64,000 nucleotides of DNA from Octopus vulgaris (taxonomy: Eukaryota), in the NCBI GenBank assembly GCA_951406725.2, contig OX597832.1, positions 2,914,001-2,978,000 on the forward strand, in the 5' to 3' direction. The notes beneath the pieces were generated by a model that ran no database searches, was not told the origin of the DNA, and saw only the letters and a list, made by a program, of their open reading frames with translations. Below are positions 40,055 to 53,400 of the stretch, one piece after another (position 1 is the first letter of the stretch; every line of letters starts with the position of its first letter). Position numbers and translations under genes: made by a program.

Positions 40055-40439
40055 CAGTGATACCTTGCAATAGGAGTTTAATTCATTCCATGATCGAACT
40101 TGTCTTATGATTTACTCATTTTACAAATCAATTTTCCCCATTGAAATTAACTAAAATATAGTTAATCTGTTCCAGCCCCAACAAACCACTCAAAAATAAT
40201 TTTTTATGGGTTTTAAAACAGAAAAGGTGTAATTACAAGTAAAATGACAATTATAAATGAGAGAATGCAAAAGAAACATGTGAACTAGTTTTATTAACTG
40301 AATTACCTTAAAGATGGGACAATTTGTGTGCTTGTAATGGAGATTTCCACTTGTACTTCAAGACAAAAATTTGCATGAGTCATGGCTCATACAGCAAATT
40401 ACTCATACAATGGTGCACTTGTACTGCAAGGTTCTACTG
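40055..40439. mobile_element. Tigger-type MITE
   Basis: Termini CAGTGATACCTTG / CAAGGTTCTACTG flanked by TA; internal TTTTCCCCATTGAAATTAA motif. Confidence 0.65.
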
Positions 40440-40633
40440 TAATTGGGATTTCCTGTTTGCTGATTAAGCTCGTAAGATTCCTTAGGATCCATTAGCAGGC
40501 CAAGAAATGGATTCCTATTTCCCAAATACCTGGTCTAAGGGAGATAACCCATCTCATCAAAGCCGGACTTTTTGACCAATTCACTCTAACAGCTTTCCAC
40601 CTCCAAGAAGTGAAGAGTTAAATTTGTCTTTGT

Positions 40634-40699
40634 ATAGAGTCTGATGAACTGTCCACAAAGCTGCAGCTTTCATGGATGCGAAACCACTGGTCACTCTAT
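40634..40699 (+). ncRNA. Type I hammerhead ribozyme (family 2), intact core, within a solo PLE pLTR (about 40445-40725)
   Basis: AUAGAGU(40634-40)-CUGAUGA(40641-47)-stem II (UGUCCA..AAAGC UGCA GCUUU..UGGAUG)-GAAA(40680-83)-CCACUGG-UC(40691-92)-ACUCUAU; 7-bp perfect stem I. Confidence 0.88.
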
Positions 40700-40725
40700 G
40701 ACCAGACTTTAACTTTGTTGCTTTA

Positions 40726-40756
<31 letters not shown>

Positions 40757-42279
40757 GCTTCTTTCAGTTTCCATGTCCCAAATTCCCTCATAAGGCTTTG
40801 ATCTGCTATATTAAACGTAATAATTGCGTGGTTCATTATGAGTTTGATGATTCACTAGAATTAATTCACATTTAGCTTTCTGGTTTCAGTAAAATAAGTA
40901 CCAGTACCAGTGACATATTTACATCAATTCGATTAACTAAACCCTTCCCCTGCAAACATAATCAATAAGAACAACATAACTCTCTAAACTACAAGAATAA
41001 ACCAAAAATTAATTGATTGGAAAGTGAATTAGGGCCTTCCTAAACCTATCTAGAGTATGCCTGTTAGCACCTTAGAGATGGCTAAAATGTCATCTCTGAA
41101 CAGACCAAAAAGGACTGACGGGAACCTCTTTGTTAATGTGTCCAGTATATTAAATTCTATGAAGTCACAGGTAATTGTGCTGTTGAATGCTCTCATCACT
41201 ACATCGAAGGAGCCTGCTGGATCAATTTGCTTAACCCAAGTCGAACCTTTATTGAACAGCATTTTCCTAGCATGCATAATTACAACTATATCCCTAACAC
41301 TAATGTCAGTAAAATTCTGAGTGAACATAAGAACCTTAACCAGGAACCTATTAGATATACACAGATAAAAATCTACTATATCAAATAGGGTGAGTCTTGT
41401 CCTGCCTCTACCCTAGTTTGCCTTAAACTATGGAATAACTTCATTGGTATTATGCATAAGGAGAGATTGGATGCCCCACTTATGTCGTTGTTGATTTAGC
41501 TGGGTTAATCAAGTGGCATTTGGGGTTAGAGGCAAAGTTTGGTTTGTGGTACTTGATGGGAAAAAAAGGTATTTCACTTAGCTAATGCTTTGACCCTATT
41601 GGCTATCCCTAGATTGCCTGCTATCTGTTTGGCTTCGTTGTTTATACTATTGTATGTGTGTGGAGAAGTTCATGTATATTTCTGTGTGATGCTATTCTCT
41701 AAAAGCCTATCCTATATAAGCTTTTTGTTTTGTCAGAGAAGAGTAAAGCTCAATCTGAATTTTTTAGCAGATGTAAATTGGAAGAGAGCTTGTGCTGAAA
41801 AGAGCTGGAGGACTTAGAGAATTTGTTTGGGGATGATGCCCAGCAGGTCTGCTTTGAAGGCTTCAAGGTCTTTGATCCTGGATGGGATCCTCCTTTATTT
41901 GATATTGTAAGCCTTTGAGGGTGGTGTGGCTTGGTCATAGAAGTATGCCTTCCATCTCTTCAACAGTATCCTCGTGTAGAGCTTGTTTGATGGTGCAGGT
42001 TTATTTTTAACTCAGTAACCAAGTTTGTATAAATCCATGTCAGTAAAAAGAGTAACTTTTGTAACTATGTATATGTGCACAGCCAGTGGTGCAGCTATAG
42101 AACAAAAACCATGTGGTGGCCTATTGCAAAACATTCTGTGACCAGGTGGCATGAAGAATCAGCCTGTAGTTCATAAATTTGAAAAGAAGAAAACTCTAAA
42201 ACTTTAGAGCAGTAATACTCAGAAGTTTGTAATGGCCTATATATATATATATATATATATAAAATGATAAACGTTGCCC

Positions 42280-42568
42280 TTTTCAAGCCTAGTCAGGCTC
42301 ATGGGCCCGGTTTCTGTGGCGTATGTGTTCCCCCCAGCTGGATGGGATGCCAGTCCATCGCAGCGTTAATCAAGAAACAGGAAGAGAGAGTGAGAGAAAG
42401 TTGTGGCGAAAGAGTACAACAGGGGTCACCACCACCCACTGCCGGAGCCTCGTGGAGCTTTTAGGCATTTTCGCTCAATAAACACACACAACGCCCGGTC
42501 TGGGAATCGAAACCACGATCCTCCGACTGCGACTCCACTGCCCTAACCATTGGGCCATTGCGCCTCCA
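42280..42568 (-). mobile_element. tRNA-derived SINE (second family)
   Basis: Head GGAGGCGCAATGGCCCAATGGTTAGGGCAGTGGAGTCGCAGTCGGAGGATCGTGGTTTCGATTCC with A and B boxes, followed by a non-tRNA body. Confidence 0.75.
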
Positions 42569-42579
42569 CATATATATAT

Positions 42580-42616
<37 letters not shown>

Positions 42617-42826
42617 CATGTATACAACAATTTTGAAGGAAGTGGGCAAGATGATACCATCATTTCAGTACTTGACTGTACTTTATTTTATCAACCTTAA
42701 AGGAATGAAAGGCAAAGTTGACCTCAGCAGAATTTTAACTAAGCATTTTGTCTGACATGTTACAAACAAATGCAAGAACTCCAAGCATTATATGTGGCGC
42801 ACTAAATAAGTGGTCATAAAACTTAC

Positions 42827-43008
42827 CAAAATTTAGCTTTTTACAAGTGAATGATAAAACTTTATCACTGGTTGGATTTTTCCCATCTAGTAAAACTGTA
42901 TTTAGTTGATCATTATACTTTGTCTTGAATTCACCTTGGAGGTTTTCATTCTTGACGATCATATAATGGGCAAGGTCAGTATCTGTAGCGGAACGCTGTG
43001 GTATAAAT
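42827..43008 (-). CDS. CDC20: CDC20-like exon with the second half of the C-box and a KILR/MIM-like segment
   Basis: CAG acceptor, GTAAGT donor; (R)FIPQRSATDTDLAHYMIV...DKVLSFTCKKLNF. Confidence 0.9.
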
Positions 43009-44031
43009 CTGCCAAATAAAGTGTAGTTAAAGACTAACATATTATATAAGTTTCGTTCAAAAACACCAAATACTATATCATAACAGGGAAGCATGCACTA
43101 GGTACCATTTGGTAGGCATGCTGATGTAACATAACTGTATTGAAAAATTTATGCTAATATCCTAATGATAATTAACAAATCCTAGTAAAATATATTGGAA
43201 CGAATTATACATTTTATCATGGTTATTGGTTTAATGTTCAATAAACTAGCAAGGAGTGGACAGATCTGCATTAATGCAAATCTTTCTATACAATTTCTTT
43301 ATTTGACTGCTAAAAGAAAAAATTTTTTAGAAATATTAAAAATTGGTACTAATACAAAATAGAGATTAGAAATCCTATGATTAAATGGAATTTATGTGGG
43401 TGGGAGGGAGGGAGGGATGGATGGATGGATGGATGGATAGATAAATATAAATATATGAACAAAAATAATTCACTTCTCTGACAAACCTTGTGTCCTTTCT
43501 AAGGCTCTCAGTCTTTCATAATCCTCATCACCTCTCATAAATCAAGAACTAAATTACTCTATTAGTCTCATTTAACTGTCTTTATTCCATTCACTCTAAA
43601 ACGTTAAATAATTAAAAAAAGTGTCCTGTCGTAAAATTTTTGCCATTCACATTACATAATCTAATACAGAAAACAGAAGAAAGTTGTAACATTGACTTTT
43701 GAATGCCTAAATTAAATAACTGAAATGACACACACAGTATTCAAAGTGTATTATACATAAATATTTATAATATTGAAGACAACATTAGTTGTGTGATTTG
43801 AAGAGTATCTGCTGTAAAATGCATAGTTGTTAGCACAATTACACCAAAGTGGGTTAATTTTTAACCAAATTACTAGACTTAAGTAGCTATAATGACATAT
43901 TAGTGACCTGTTGAAAAAATAACTTTCCATCTCCTTAGCCACCTCCAGCCTTGCTTCTCTATTAGCTTGTGTTGATCACTCACTCTTGGGCCATTTAAGA
44001 ATGGCATATGCATTTGAAAATAAAAGCTTAC

Positions 44032-44197
44032 CTGTCACCATCAAGAGGTGTGCTTGGTGACTTTGTACAGCTGTGCTTCAGCCGAGGGGTTGAATTACAA
44101 GAGATCTGTTGGGGAGATCGGCCTTGAAGAGAATTGGGAGAGGGTGACAGGAAAACAAACTCATGAGGACTTTTTGGTGAACGATTCCAAGAACAAG
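44032..44197 (-). CDS. CDC20: CDC20-like N-terminal exon rich in SP/TP sites, ending in the first half of the C-box (DGDR)
   Basis: TAG acceptor, GTAAGC donor; CSWNRSPKSPHEFVFLSPSPNSLQGRSPQQISCNSTPRLKHSCTKSPSTPLDGD(R); splices in frame to give DRFIPQR. Confidence 0.88.
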
Positions 44198-45977
44198 CTA
44201 AAATAAAAGAGGATTTAAGAACTGACTGTAAATTTTCATATTCTAAAATAATTGTTTAATGGACTTTAAAAAAATCAAATGAAGATAATTCAAAATAAAA
44301 TAAAAGAATGACCACAGTCACATGGCTGAAATGAGTAAAAGAATAATGCACTATTCCAAGAAGAATCAGCTGTAACCAAAATAATATCTTGCAAGATAGA
44401 GGCAAAGAATTTAGTAAATGCTCTCAAAAATAGTGTTGATAATTTTCTGAAGAATGAGAGACGGAAAAGTTGGAACAGGTCATAGAAAGAATAGAAACAA
44501 TTCTCCAAAAACCAAAAGGATGCAAAGTAAAATTCTGTTTTAGGAATATTGTTTTATTAATTGCTCTCTGACATAAATAGAAGACTGACTAGAATCGTAT
44601 TTGGAACAAAAGTTTTCAACTCAAAATGATAGATAATAAATGCTCCAGAAAACAAATACTTCTTATAAAACTGATTTGACCAATATCATTATTCTGGCCT
44701 CAAAAATAAGATGGTATTCAGTACAAAGTTTCAATATTACATTTTGAAAATTATGAACCCATATATACTATCATCATCATGTTAAAATGTAATGTGATAA
44801 CTTTTCCTTACAAATTAGCGAGGAAATAATGCCCACTGGGAATTTAGAGATAGATCCTAGATTCTGCTTACAGTCTCATAGAAACCATTAAAAGAATATA
44901 AGGCTGGCTTTATTCTGTCTTAGCTGTCAAAAATCAGTGAACTGAACTGATAGATGAACAAATGAGATAAATACCTAATAACAAATACATTCTTTATACT
45001 AATTAATAGTAAACAAACTTAACAGATATATATAGAGAGAGGGAGAGAGAGAGAAGCTTCATTTAGAGGGATGTGTAGATGCTTGAATGTTCTCAAAACA
45101 TGAGAGAAAGTATATGTGAGCTGAGAAGTAGACATATTCAATAACAGTTAGCTGTATGTTATAAGATGGTTACCATTCCTGATAATGAGACACTTGCAAG
45201 AAAAATACTGGATAAAAAGAAGTGAATTTATCTTACATATACTGATTTCAAGTTCCAATACTTTAGTTTGAATCAGGTTTGCAAAAGCAGGCTAAGAAGG
45301 ATGAACAGCTTGTGTTATTACCTAGGTCTACAAACAATACACATTCAACAATAAATTATGAGCTAGGTTTTCACTAAATGTCCTTATCCCCATTTTTATC
45401 TTTTCTTGAACAAAGTGTTTTAGGAGTGGATGTAATAAAGTACAAAAAGAGAAAAGATCAACTGTTTTAAGTGGAATAGTTTGCATATGCTAAGTTTAAA
45501 AATATAAAGACTATTGCAAAATTTTATCTCCAAAGCAGATGCACATTTAAGAGGTTTTTACACTAGGCAATGGTTGTCATGTTGAAATATATACAGTTTG
45601 AAGTAACATAAAAGGAAACGGAAGAATAAGACAGGAGATGTAGTGAAACCTTGCAGTCAACATAACCAGAGTTGAAAATATTGTTGCATTAAACAGCAGT
45701 AACTTCATTTTTGTTAAAGAGCATTGGTGTGTATTGGAAAGAGTTTCCTGTCAGTCAGGCTATTCATGCACTTAATTAATGGTGACAAGATTTTGGATTG
45801 TGAGTGTAGCTGGAAGACATCAGTTTCGATCATATGATGCTAGAGACAAGTGTGATAAGGCAGTTTGTTAAATCTTTGTGACAAGGAGTATGGCTACAGA
45901 TTTCTATATTTCAAGACAGTTGAGAGGAAGGGGATATAACTTATGTAGGTAACTTAATGCTAAGAGCAGAATCATTA

Positions 45978-46533
45978 ACCCCTATCTTGCCCAGGATATC
46001 AATCGTCTGGAAGCCGTTCAGTGACGTGCAACCAAAAGAATACCCTCCATCAGGCATTTGCCATATTCTGAATGCCTTACCTCCCTGGGCATGGATACAT
46101 TGAAACTCCGACGTCTGGCAGCTGACTTGGCAGACACCCATAAAATTATCAACCATCTTACAAACAATAACTCTGAGCACCTTTTCAAACTCCACCCGTC
46201 TAACACCCGTGGACATATTTACAAAGTCAGAAAACAGCACAGCTCCCATGACTTTCAGAAACATTTTTTCATGCTGAGAGTTGCTGAAGCATGGAACAAA
46301 CTGCCGGCATCGGTTGTTAGTTGTCGGAGCACTGCATCCTTCAAAACTTCCATGCTTTCTGAGATTCGCCAACACTACACCTGATTTTCTCTCCATACAC
46401 ACACAAGCATGTATCTGACTCATACACTGTTCACTTCCCAGACATTTGTACATTACTGCATACACTTTATACGCACTTTCTGACAAGTTGTGGTGCACCT
46501 GAGCACTGTATACAATAATTTCATTATTATATT
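45978..46533 (+). mobile_element. 5'-truncated CR1 LINE 3' end, inverted relative to the copy at 50503-53400
   Basis: Nearly identical to the reverse complement of about 50525-51045 (PYSECLTSLGMDTLKLRRLAADL...RVAEAWNKLP); ATT tail. Confidence 0.9.
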
Positions 46534-47504
46534 AACAGAGGGTAAGACAGTGCAAAATAAGTAGATTAAAGCAAAGAATTGTGAGATTTTATTTCCATGT
46601 ATCAGAAATACAAAGTGAATCAATGCAAGAAAGCAAAGGACAATCATTAACTAAAAAGAGAAGGAAACGAGTATGATCTGCTGGATGAGAGATGTAGTTT
46701 TTATCAACAGTTAATCATTATTTGTTGTTAGATTGTTGTATTTTTCATGCCACATTCCTGACTATACAGTAACATCTAGTAATTTCCTCAAAACTCTATT
46801 TTGTTGAACCATTTTGCTGAACTCTTCTGGATTGTAGAGTTCATAATCTAGAGCAAAAAGAAAGTTCACTTTCTGTCAGAAAATGAAAAAGATACTATCA
46901 GTGAATTACCAACCAATCAATGTTGGAGAATTCTACATATCATCATCGTTTAACGTCCGTTTTCCATACTAGCATGGATTGGACGATTTGACTGAGGGCT
47001 GGTGAACCAGGCTCTAATCTGATCTGGCAGAGTTTCTACAGCTAGATGCCCTTCCTAACACCAACCACTCAGAGTGTAGTGGGTGCTTTTACGTACCACC
47101 GGTATGAGGGCCAGTCAGGCGGTACTGGTAATGGCCATGCTCAAGTGGTATTTTTTATGTGCCACCAGCACAGGAGCCAGTCCAGTGACACTGGCAACAA
47201 CCTGGCATAATAAATGGTTTATGTTTGTAAAAGATATAGAAATGAAATGAAAATAGAAGACATTATATTAGCTGAAAACAACTAGTAGATCAGTAAATAG
47301 AAAATCTGAAGAGGGTCATCAAGTTCAGTTAATTAGTCATTCAAAGATAAAAACAAAAAAAGAACAGAGAGATGCACCCACAAGGCTTGTCCTATCTATC
47401 TATAAAGGAGAGGAATAATGAGGAATAAATATTTCATGAAAGATACAATACTTTTCAATAATAAAAGGAAAAAAAAAACTTTGATGTACAAAATGAGTAC
47501 AAAC

Positions 47505-47610
47505 CACTTGGCAGTTGTAGTACATTTCTTTTCATAGGCAAATTCTGTGTACCTTCCTGTTTGGTAGTATGACTGAGCAGTTCTGTTAGATGTAGAGTTT
47601 TTCTATTTTG
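47505..47610 (-). CDS. Candidate further upstream exon of the CDC20-like gene
   Basis: Strong pyrimidine tract + TAG; single open frame QNRKTLHLTELLSHTTKQEGTQNLPMKRNVLQLPS; GTTTGT donor in phase 1, compatible with the exon at 44197. No recognisable homology. Confidence 0.45.
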
Positions 47611-47871
47611 CTATATAGAGAGAGGAAATCAGTCAATGAAAGACTCAGGGAGTCTTTTAAAAAAAAAAATTTTTATTACTTTTTGTTTGTTTCTCTTAAT
47701 ACAATGTCTGCAGAAAATTCAAATTACTTCAAGTAACAATATTGCAGCTGAAAGTCGTTTATGTTTATTAATAGAAACTCACTCAGCAGATATTTAAGCC
47801 ATTTGAGCACAGCCAGTAGATGTTAAATTTTTACTTGCAAGTAGAATATTACCGATCTTGATTCTTTTCTG

Positions 47872-48216
47872 TACATTTGATGGCTATTTGTCCTCATCTT
47901 GTTTATTGTTAACACGTTTCGGCTGATATACCCTCCAGCCTTCATCAGGTGTCTTGGGGAAATTTTGAACCTTGGTTCTCATTCCTAAGGTATTTTTTGA
48001 TGTTATTATTATTATTATCATTATTCAGGTTACTGCCTGGAATCGAACTCAGAATCTTGGGGTTAGTAGCCCGTGCTGTTAACCCCTTTGCTATATGCCC
48101 GTGATGAAGGCTGGAGGGTATATCAGTCGAAACATGTTAACAACAAACAAGATGAGGACAAATATCCGTCAAATGTAAATAATGTACATAATTCCTCATC
48201 TTTTAAATATAGAACT
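47872..48216 (-). mobile_element. PLE pLTR family 1: full minus copy (tRNA-like head 48028-48100, hammerhead 47911-47953) + inverted partial copy
   Basis: Minus strand GGGCATATAGCAAAGGGGTTAAC..GGGCTACTAACCCCAAGATTCTGAGTTCGATTCCAGGCAGTAACC-(AAT)n-...GACAC-CTGATGA-AGGCTGGAGGGTATATCAGCC-GAAAC. Confidence 0.82.
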
Positions 48217-48776
48217 TGGTTCTTTTGTTGCTAAGTTTCATCACTAGGCTGGAATGAACACTTAAATTCAATCTAATTTTTATAGTAATTTCATTCAAAG
48301 ATAAAAACAAATTAGAATGACTTTTACAAAGCAAAAACTAAGTCCCTGATCTAACATGATTTTTTGAGTCACTAACTTGTTATAAACTTGATTGTTTCAT
48401 TGTCAAGATTTCTGCCATTTTTTAAACATCCATGATACAATGTTTTATTTACCATCATTATTTAACGTCCACATTCCATGCTGGCATGGGTTGGACAATC
48501 TGGCAGGAACTGATGTGTCCGAAGATTGCATTGGGCTCCAATATGTGCTTTGGCATAGATTTTATAGTTGGATGCCATTCCTAATACCAAACACTTTACA
48601 GCATGGACTTGGTGCATTTTTCATGGCACCTGATTGAGATAGCCATGTAGTTTCCAACAGGACTATGATCCCTGAAGTAGGTGGAGGGGGCAGTTTCATG
48701 GTAAGGAACAAAGGGATCACTATGAGATGAGGGAAGAGCAGATTCTTGCGGAGAAATCTGCATGGCTACTCACCTA

Positions 48777-48821
<45 letters not shown>

Positions 48822-49144
48822 GAAAGAGATGATAAATTTTATTTAGCTATGATGTATAAATATGGAAGAATGTAGTCTAAAAACCAGTAGATACAATTAG
48901 ACAGTAAACATCCTACGAATAAATGCCCAATGCAGAGAATATATAAATTAATATCTGAAAAAAAAAAAAAAAATTAAAACAATATCGTCCTTACAATATT
49001 CTAACATGCAAACAACTACATAATTTCTACAAGAAATAAACATCTCAGTAGCTAAAACCATTATTATTACAAGTTCTAACCATGCCAACAATATTTCTTT
49101 TTACATTTTACAATTTCAGGTAGAAGTGTAAATAAACCTAAATA

Positions 49145-49871
49145 CGAGGGGGTACCCCAAAGTAACCGGAAACGTTCTCTGTGAGACAAGCCCATTGTAG
49201 TTCCGGCTTCTGCCGCTAGAAGCCACTAGATGCAACCCTCAGGCATCAGTCTGCCAACTGGCATCATCCAGTAAAGTTGTGCTACCACATGGTGCATCTT
49301 CGTTTTGCAGTGCATCTCCCCTGCTTATTGATTTTTGCAATGGTTGAAATGAAGAAACAGTAGCCGAAAGAGTTGTCATGCTTCAAACAGCTTACAAGGC
49401 TGCTGCCATGGTGACCAACAGCTACAACCCAGAAACAAATTAGCAATCAAGTCAATAGAAGCATTAAATGTCACCACGTTCCAAAACAGCATGTCAAGTG
49501 AAGTCCTATGTGAAGAAGATGATGATTTGTTTCATTGATTCAAACTGTTAACCAGAAATTTTATTTGGCAGTTCTGAAGCATTTGCAAGAAGCGATGAGA
49601 TGAAAACGCTCCGACCCGTGGCAAGGTGAAGAGTAGTGGTTTCAGCATGACAATATGCCTGCATACACAGCCTTGAGTGTGAGACAGTTTTTGACTAAAA
49701 ATGGCATGATCCCACTTAATCACCCTCTCTATTCATCCAATCTATCTCCCTGACATTTTTTGGTCCCACTGTTTCAAAATGGAGCATACTTTGAAGGCAA
49801 TAAAAGTGTAAACATGTAAAACTGAGTAAAATAATATTGCAAAATTTTGGTTTCTTTTGGGTACCCCCTCG
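49145..49871 (+). mobile_element. Internally deleted mariner
   Basis: TIRs CGAGGGGGTACCC.AAAG.AACC / GGTTTCTTTTGGGTACCCCCTCG with TA flanks; transposase remnants (FQHDN, HPLYS). Confidence 0.85.
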
Positions 49872-50502
49872 TACATCGATCTTTTAAGGATGATAATAAA
49901 CCGGTTTAGATGGCATGACTGAAGGTTTTCTTAATTTGGGGGGAGGAAGTGTAGCTCTTTCAGCTCATCCTAAATTAGGGAAAATGATAATTTAGTCAAG
50001 TCAATATAGCTGCTTCTGTAGATTAGCTGTTGGAGGAGAAATGTAGATAGAAAGTCCTAGAGGGATGTGAAAGAAAAGTGTTTGAGAAGGTAGATTGATT
50101 ATGGAATAACAAGGAGTACTCAAAAGGTAAGAGAATATCACAGATCATTATTGGGCCAAAGATGTTGGAGATTCTTTTCTATTAGGCAAATGGAGAATAT
50201 AATAATCTCTAAATATAGAGTGAGCAACTGCTGAGCCAAAGTATTTTCTGGTTCTGAGAAGGAGTGATGCAGTCATAATCATGTGATGTATGTGGGGTTC
50301 TCTTGCAAAGTTAGGAATTCTAAAGCCTAATGTTTACAGTATGGTTTTAAGTGAATGTTGTTGAGCAGTAAAGATGTATAGTTGAAGATATGTTTTCTTG
50401 AGAAACAAGTAGTGTATGCTTTAATACTGTTTAAAAGAGAGGGACTCAGAAACCTAGCTTGTGGGAAGGTGGTAAGATTATATTTGAAGGTCTGCATGTT
50501 AT

Positions 50503-53400
50503 ATAATAATAATAATAATAATGAAAATATTGTATACAGTGCTCAGGTGCACCACAACTTATCAGAAAGTGCGTATAAAGTATATGCAGTAATGTACAAA
50601 TGTCTGGGAAGTGAACAATGTATGAGTCAGATACATGCTTGTGTGTGTATGGAGAGAAAATCAGGTGTAGTGTTGGCGAATCTCAGAAAGCATGGAAGTT
50701 TTGAAGGATGCAGTGCTCCGACAACTAACAACTGATGCCGGCAGTTTGTTCCATGCTTCAGCAACTCTTAGCGTGAAAAAATGTTTCCGAAAGTCATGGG
50801 AGCTATGCTGTTTTCTGACTTTGTAATGGAGTTTGAAAAGGTGCTCAGAGTTATTGTTTGGAAGATGGTTGATAATTTTATGGGTGTCTGCCAAGTCAGC
50901 TGCCAGACATCGGAGTTTCAATGTATCCATGCCCAGGGAAGTAAGGCATTCAGAATATGGCAAATGCCTGATGGAGGGTATTCTTTTGGTTGCATGTCGC
51001 TGAACGGCTTCCAGGCGATTGATATCCTGGGCAAGATAGGGGTTCCAGACTGGTGATGCAAATTCCAGGTGAGGTCTTACCATAGCTATATAAAGCCGCA
51101 GATAGATAGTCGGAGAGCGGCTCACAAAGGATTTGGTGAGTGATGCCAAGACACTCTCAGCCTTCTTGACAATTTTAGCGATGTGTTTTGTCCAACGCAA
51201 ATCACAGTCGACAATAACACCCAGGTCACGTTCACACGAAGACTTTTTGAGATTAGTGTTGTGGAGGGAGTAGGTGGACGCTGGGTTTCTCCTCCCAAAA
51301 TGCATGGTGGTACATTTGTCCACAGCCAGCTTGAGTTGCCAGTCCATGATCCACTGCTGCATTGTGTCCAGGTTTGCTTGCAATGGAGATCTACAGTGTA
51401 CAGGATCTGACCTCTTTATTTCGCGGTACAGCTTGATGTCATCTGCATATTTCAGCACTATGGCATTCTTTAAGTTGGCATCTATGTCATTAACATATGC
51501 AACAAATAAAAGGGGGCCAAGAACAGATCCCTTTGGTACACCAGATGTCATCTCATAGGGCGAAGAGTGCTGTCCTAGAACTGTGACAACCTCTTTTCGG
51601 CCGAAAATAAAGGACTTCAACCAGTTATAGAGTTCGCCTCTTACGCCCAACGCAGAGAGCTTCACCATAAGTCATTTGTGTGGCACAGAGTTAAAACCTT
51701 AGCAAAGTCCAGGTAAACCACATCCACCCAGGATCCGCGATCAGTGATTTGGGTAACGTCCTCAAGAAACTCGATGAGTTGATTACAGCAGCTGGAGTTA
51801 GGAATAAATCCAAATTGTGACGGCTGGATGAGGCTGTGAGACTTCCAGAAGTTCCAGAAGGTTTCTCTGATACAGGATTCCATCAGTTTGGCAATGCAGC
51901 TAGTAAGACTAACAGGGCAATAGTTGACAGGCGATGTGCGGTCACCTTTTTTGAACAGAGGGATAACACTGGCAGTTTTCCACTGCTCTGGAGTAACACC
52001 ATTGTCAAGACAGAATTGGAAGAATAGAGAAAGTTGGCTTAGAAGAAAGTACCCACAGCGTTTGAGAAGTAGGTATGTAACACCATTGAGACCAGGAGAG
52101 GCATAGTTGCGTTTATTCTTAAGGTGGCATAGCATTGCTGGTGTAAATTGCATAGTAGATATAGAGTCCGATGTCAGTGGTGATGAAGATGGAACATTTT
52201 GGTCTTCGACAGTAAAGAAGCTGGCATAGCATCCAGCAATGATTTCTGCACATTCTTTGGGATTGCCAGTAATCTGTCCTGTGTGGGAATTGCGAAGGGG
52301 ACCAACTGGAGAGTGAGGTCTCTGCTTTGAGTGTACATACTTCCAGAACACTTTGCTGTCAGGGTTGGTTGCGATGCATTGTTCAAATTAAGCACTGCCT
52401 TTTTTGTCACCTGCTTGAGGTGGTTGGCTGACCTATTGCACTTTTTCCTGTTGATCTCTGATTTGTGTAATTTGTATTCCTGTTCAGCATTACGGCGTTC
52501 TTTCCTGGCAAATCGGACTGCTGCAGTCTCCCATATTGCACTATTGGGTGGTTTTTTGTGCTTGCGTGGTACTGATGCTGCACATGCCACCCATATTGAA
52601 TTCAGAATGTTCTGGAGTATAGTGTCCACATCTCCAGAGGCATAAAATTCGAGCCAGTTTGGGTGTTGTAGCTCAGTACAATAAGAGTTCCAGTCTGTTT
52701 TATTCCAGTCAAAGCGGGCAGTCTGAAGATGGTTGTGGTTTTTGTTACAACCAATCAGAGACAAGTCGGCCATGATCATGGAATGATCAGTGTCACCTAA
52801 AGGTTCTTCAGTAGTGACACTAATGATTGTTTCAGGAGAAGAAAGTAGCAGATCCAAAGTGTTGTTACCCCTTGTGGGGGGAGGTAATGACTTGGGACCA
52901 ATTTGAATTCAGCACCAGTTCAAGGAAATCGTCTGCACTTTGCGGCCAACGGAAGGCCTCCCAGTCAATCTCAGGGAAATTGAAGTCGCCCGCAATATAA
53001 ACATATGCGGTTGTTTTCATGGCAGCAGCTCTGAGGATATCAAAAGGCTGTGCGTCTTGACGGTAATTTGGGGGGCGGTAAACAACTCCAAGCAGAAGTG
53101 TTGACATGGTCATGTGTATATTGCAGAAAAATACTTCCTGCTGAGATTGGTTCAAATCATCACAGGGGATTGCCGATAGATTTGATCGAACATAAATCAT
53201 CACACCCCCTCCACGGCGATTAATGCAGTCTTTGCGGAACAGGTTGTAGCCGGCTATGCTGAAAACTCCATCACAGAGTGCAGAAAGTGCCCATGTTTCC
53301 GTGACTGTTATGAAATCTGGGTTGATACTTTTGATGTAAGAATCAAAAAGATGCACCTTGTTGCATAAACTACGGGCATTCAAGGACAGCAGTTTGTATC
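50503..53400 (-). mobile_element. CR1-clade LINE ORF2 (APE + RT), frameshifted, with an (ATT)n tail
   Basis: NARSL, VTETW, GDFNFP.IDW, LGDTDH, SQFGF, YLDFAK, SGVPKGSVLGPLLF, KYADD. Confidence 0.93.

Larger units (their letters stand above)
38650..42230 (-). mobile_element. Decayed Penelope-like retroelement (RT + GIY-YIG), interrupted at about 39873-41045 by nested insertions
   Basis: RT motifs FDVVMRAFN..GLFRDDILA (41050-41328), LKITIQAN..VNFL..LDL (about 39870), VIWLAPSFS..LVNKHF (39472-39660); EN VFEAEV...KYVGTTEGLFK..NHHRSS..VWQIKE. Confidence 0.85.

Noticed and set aside
35676-53400. miR-34/449 cluster in early introns, as in vertebrate CDC20B
   Set aside because: No TGGCAGTG-seeded hairpin seen on the gene strand; the CACTGCCA matches I found lie inside TEs.
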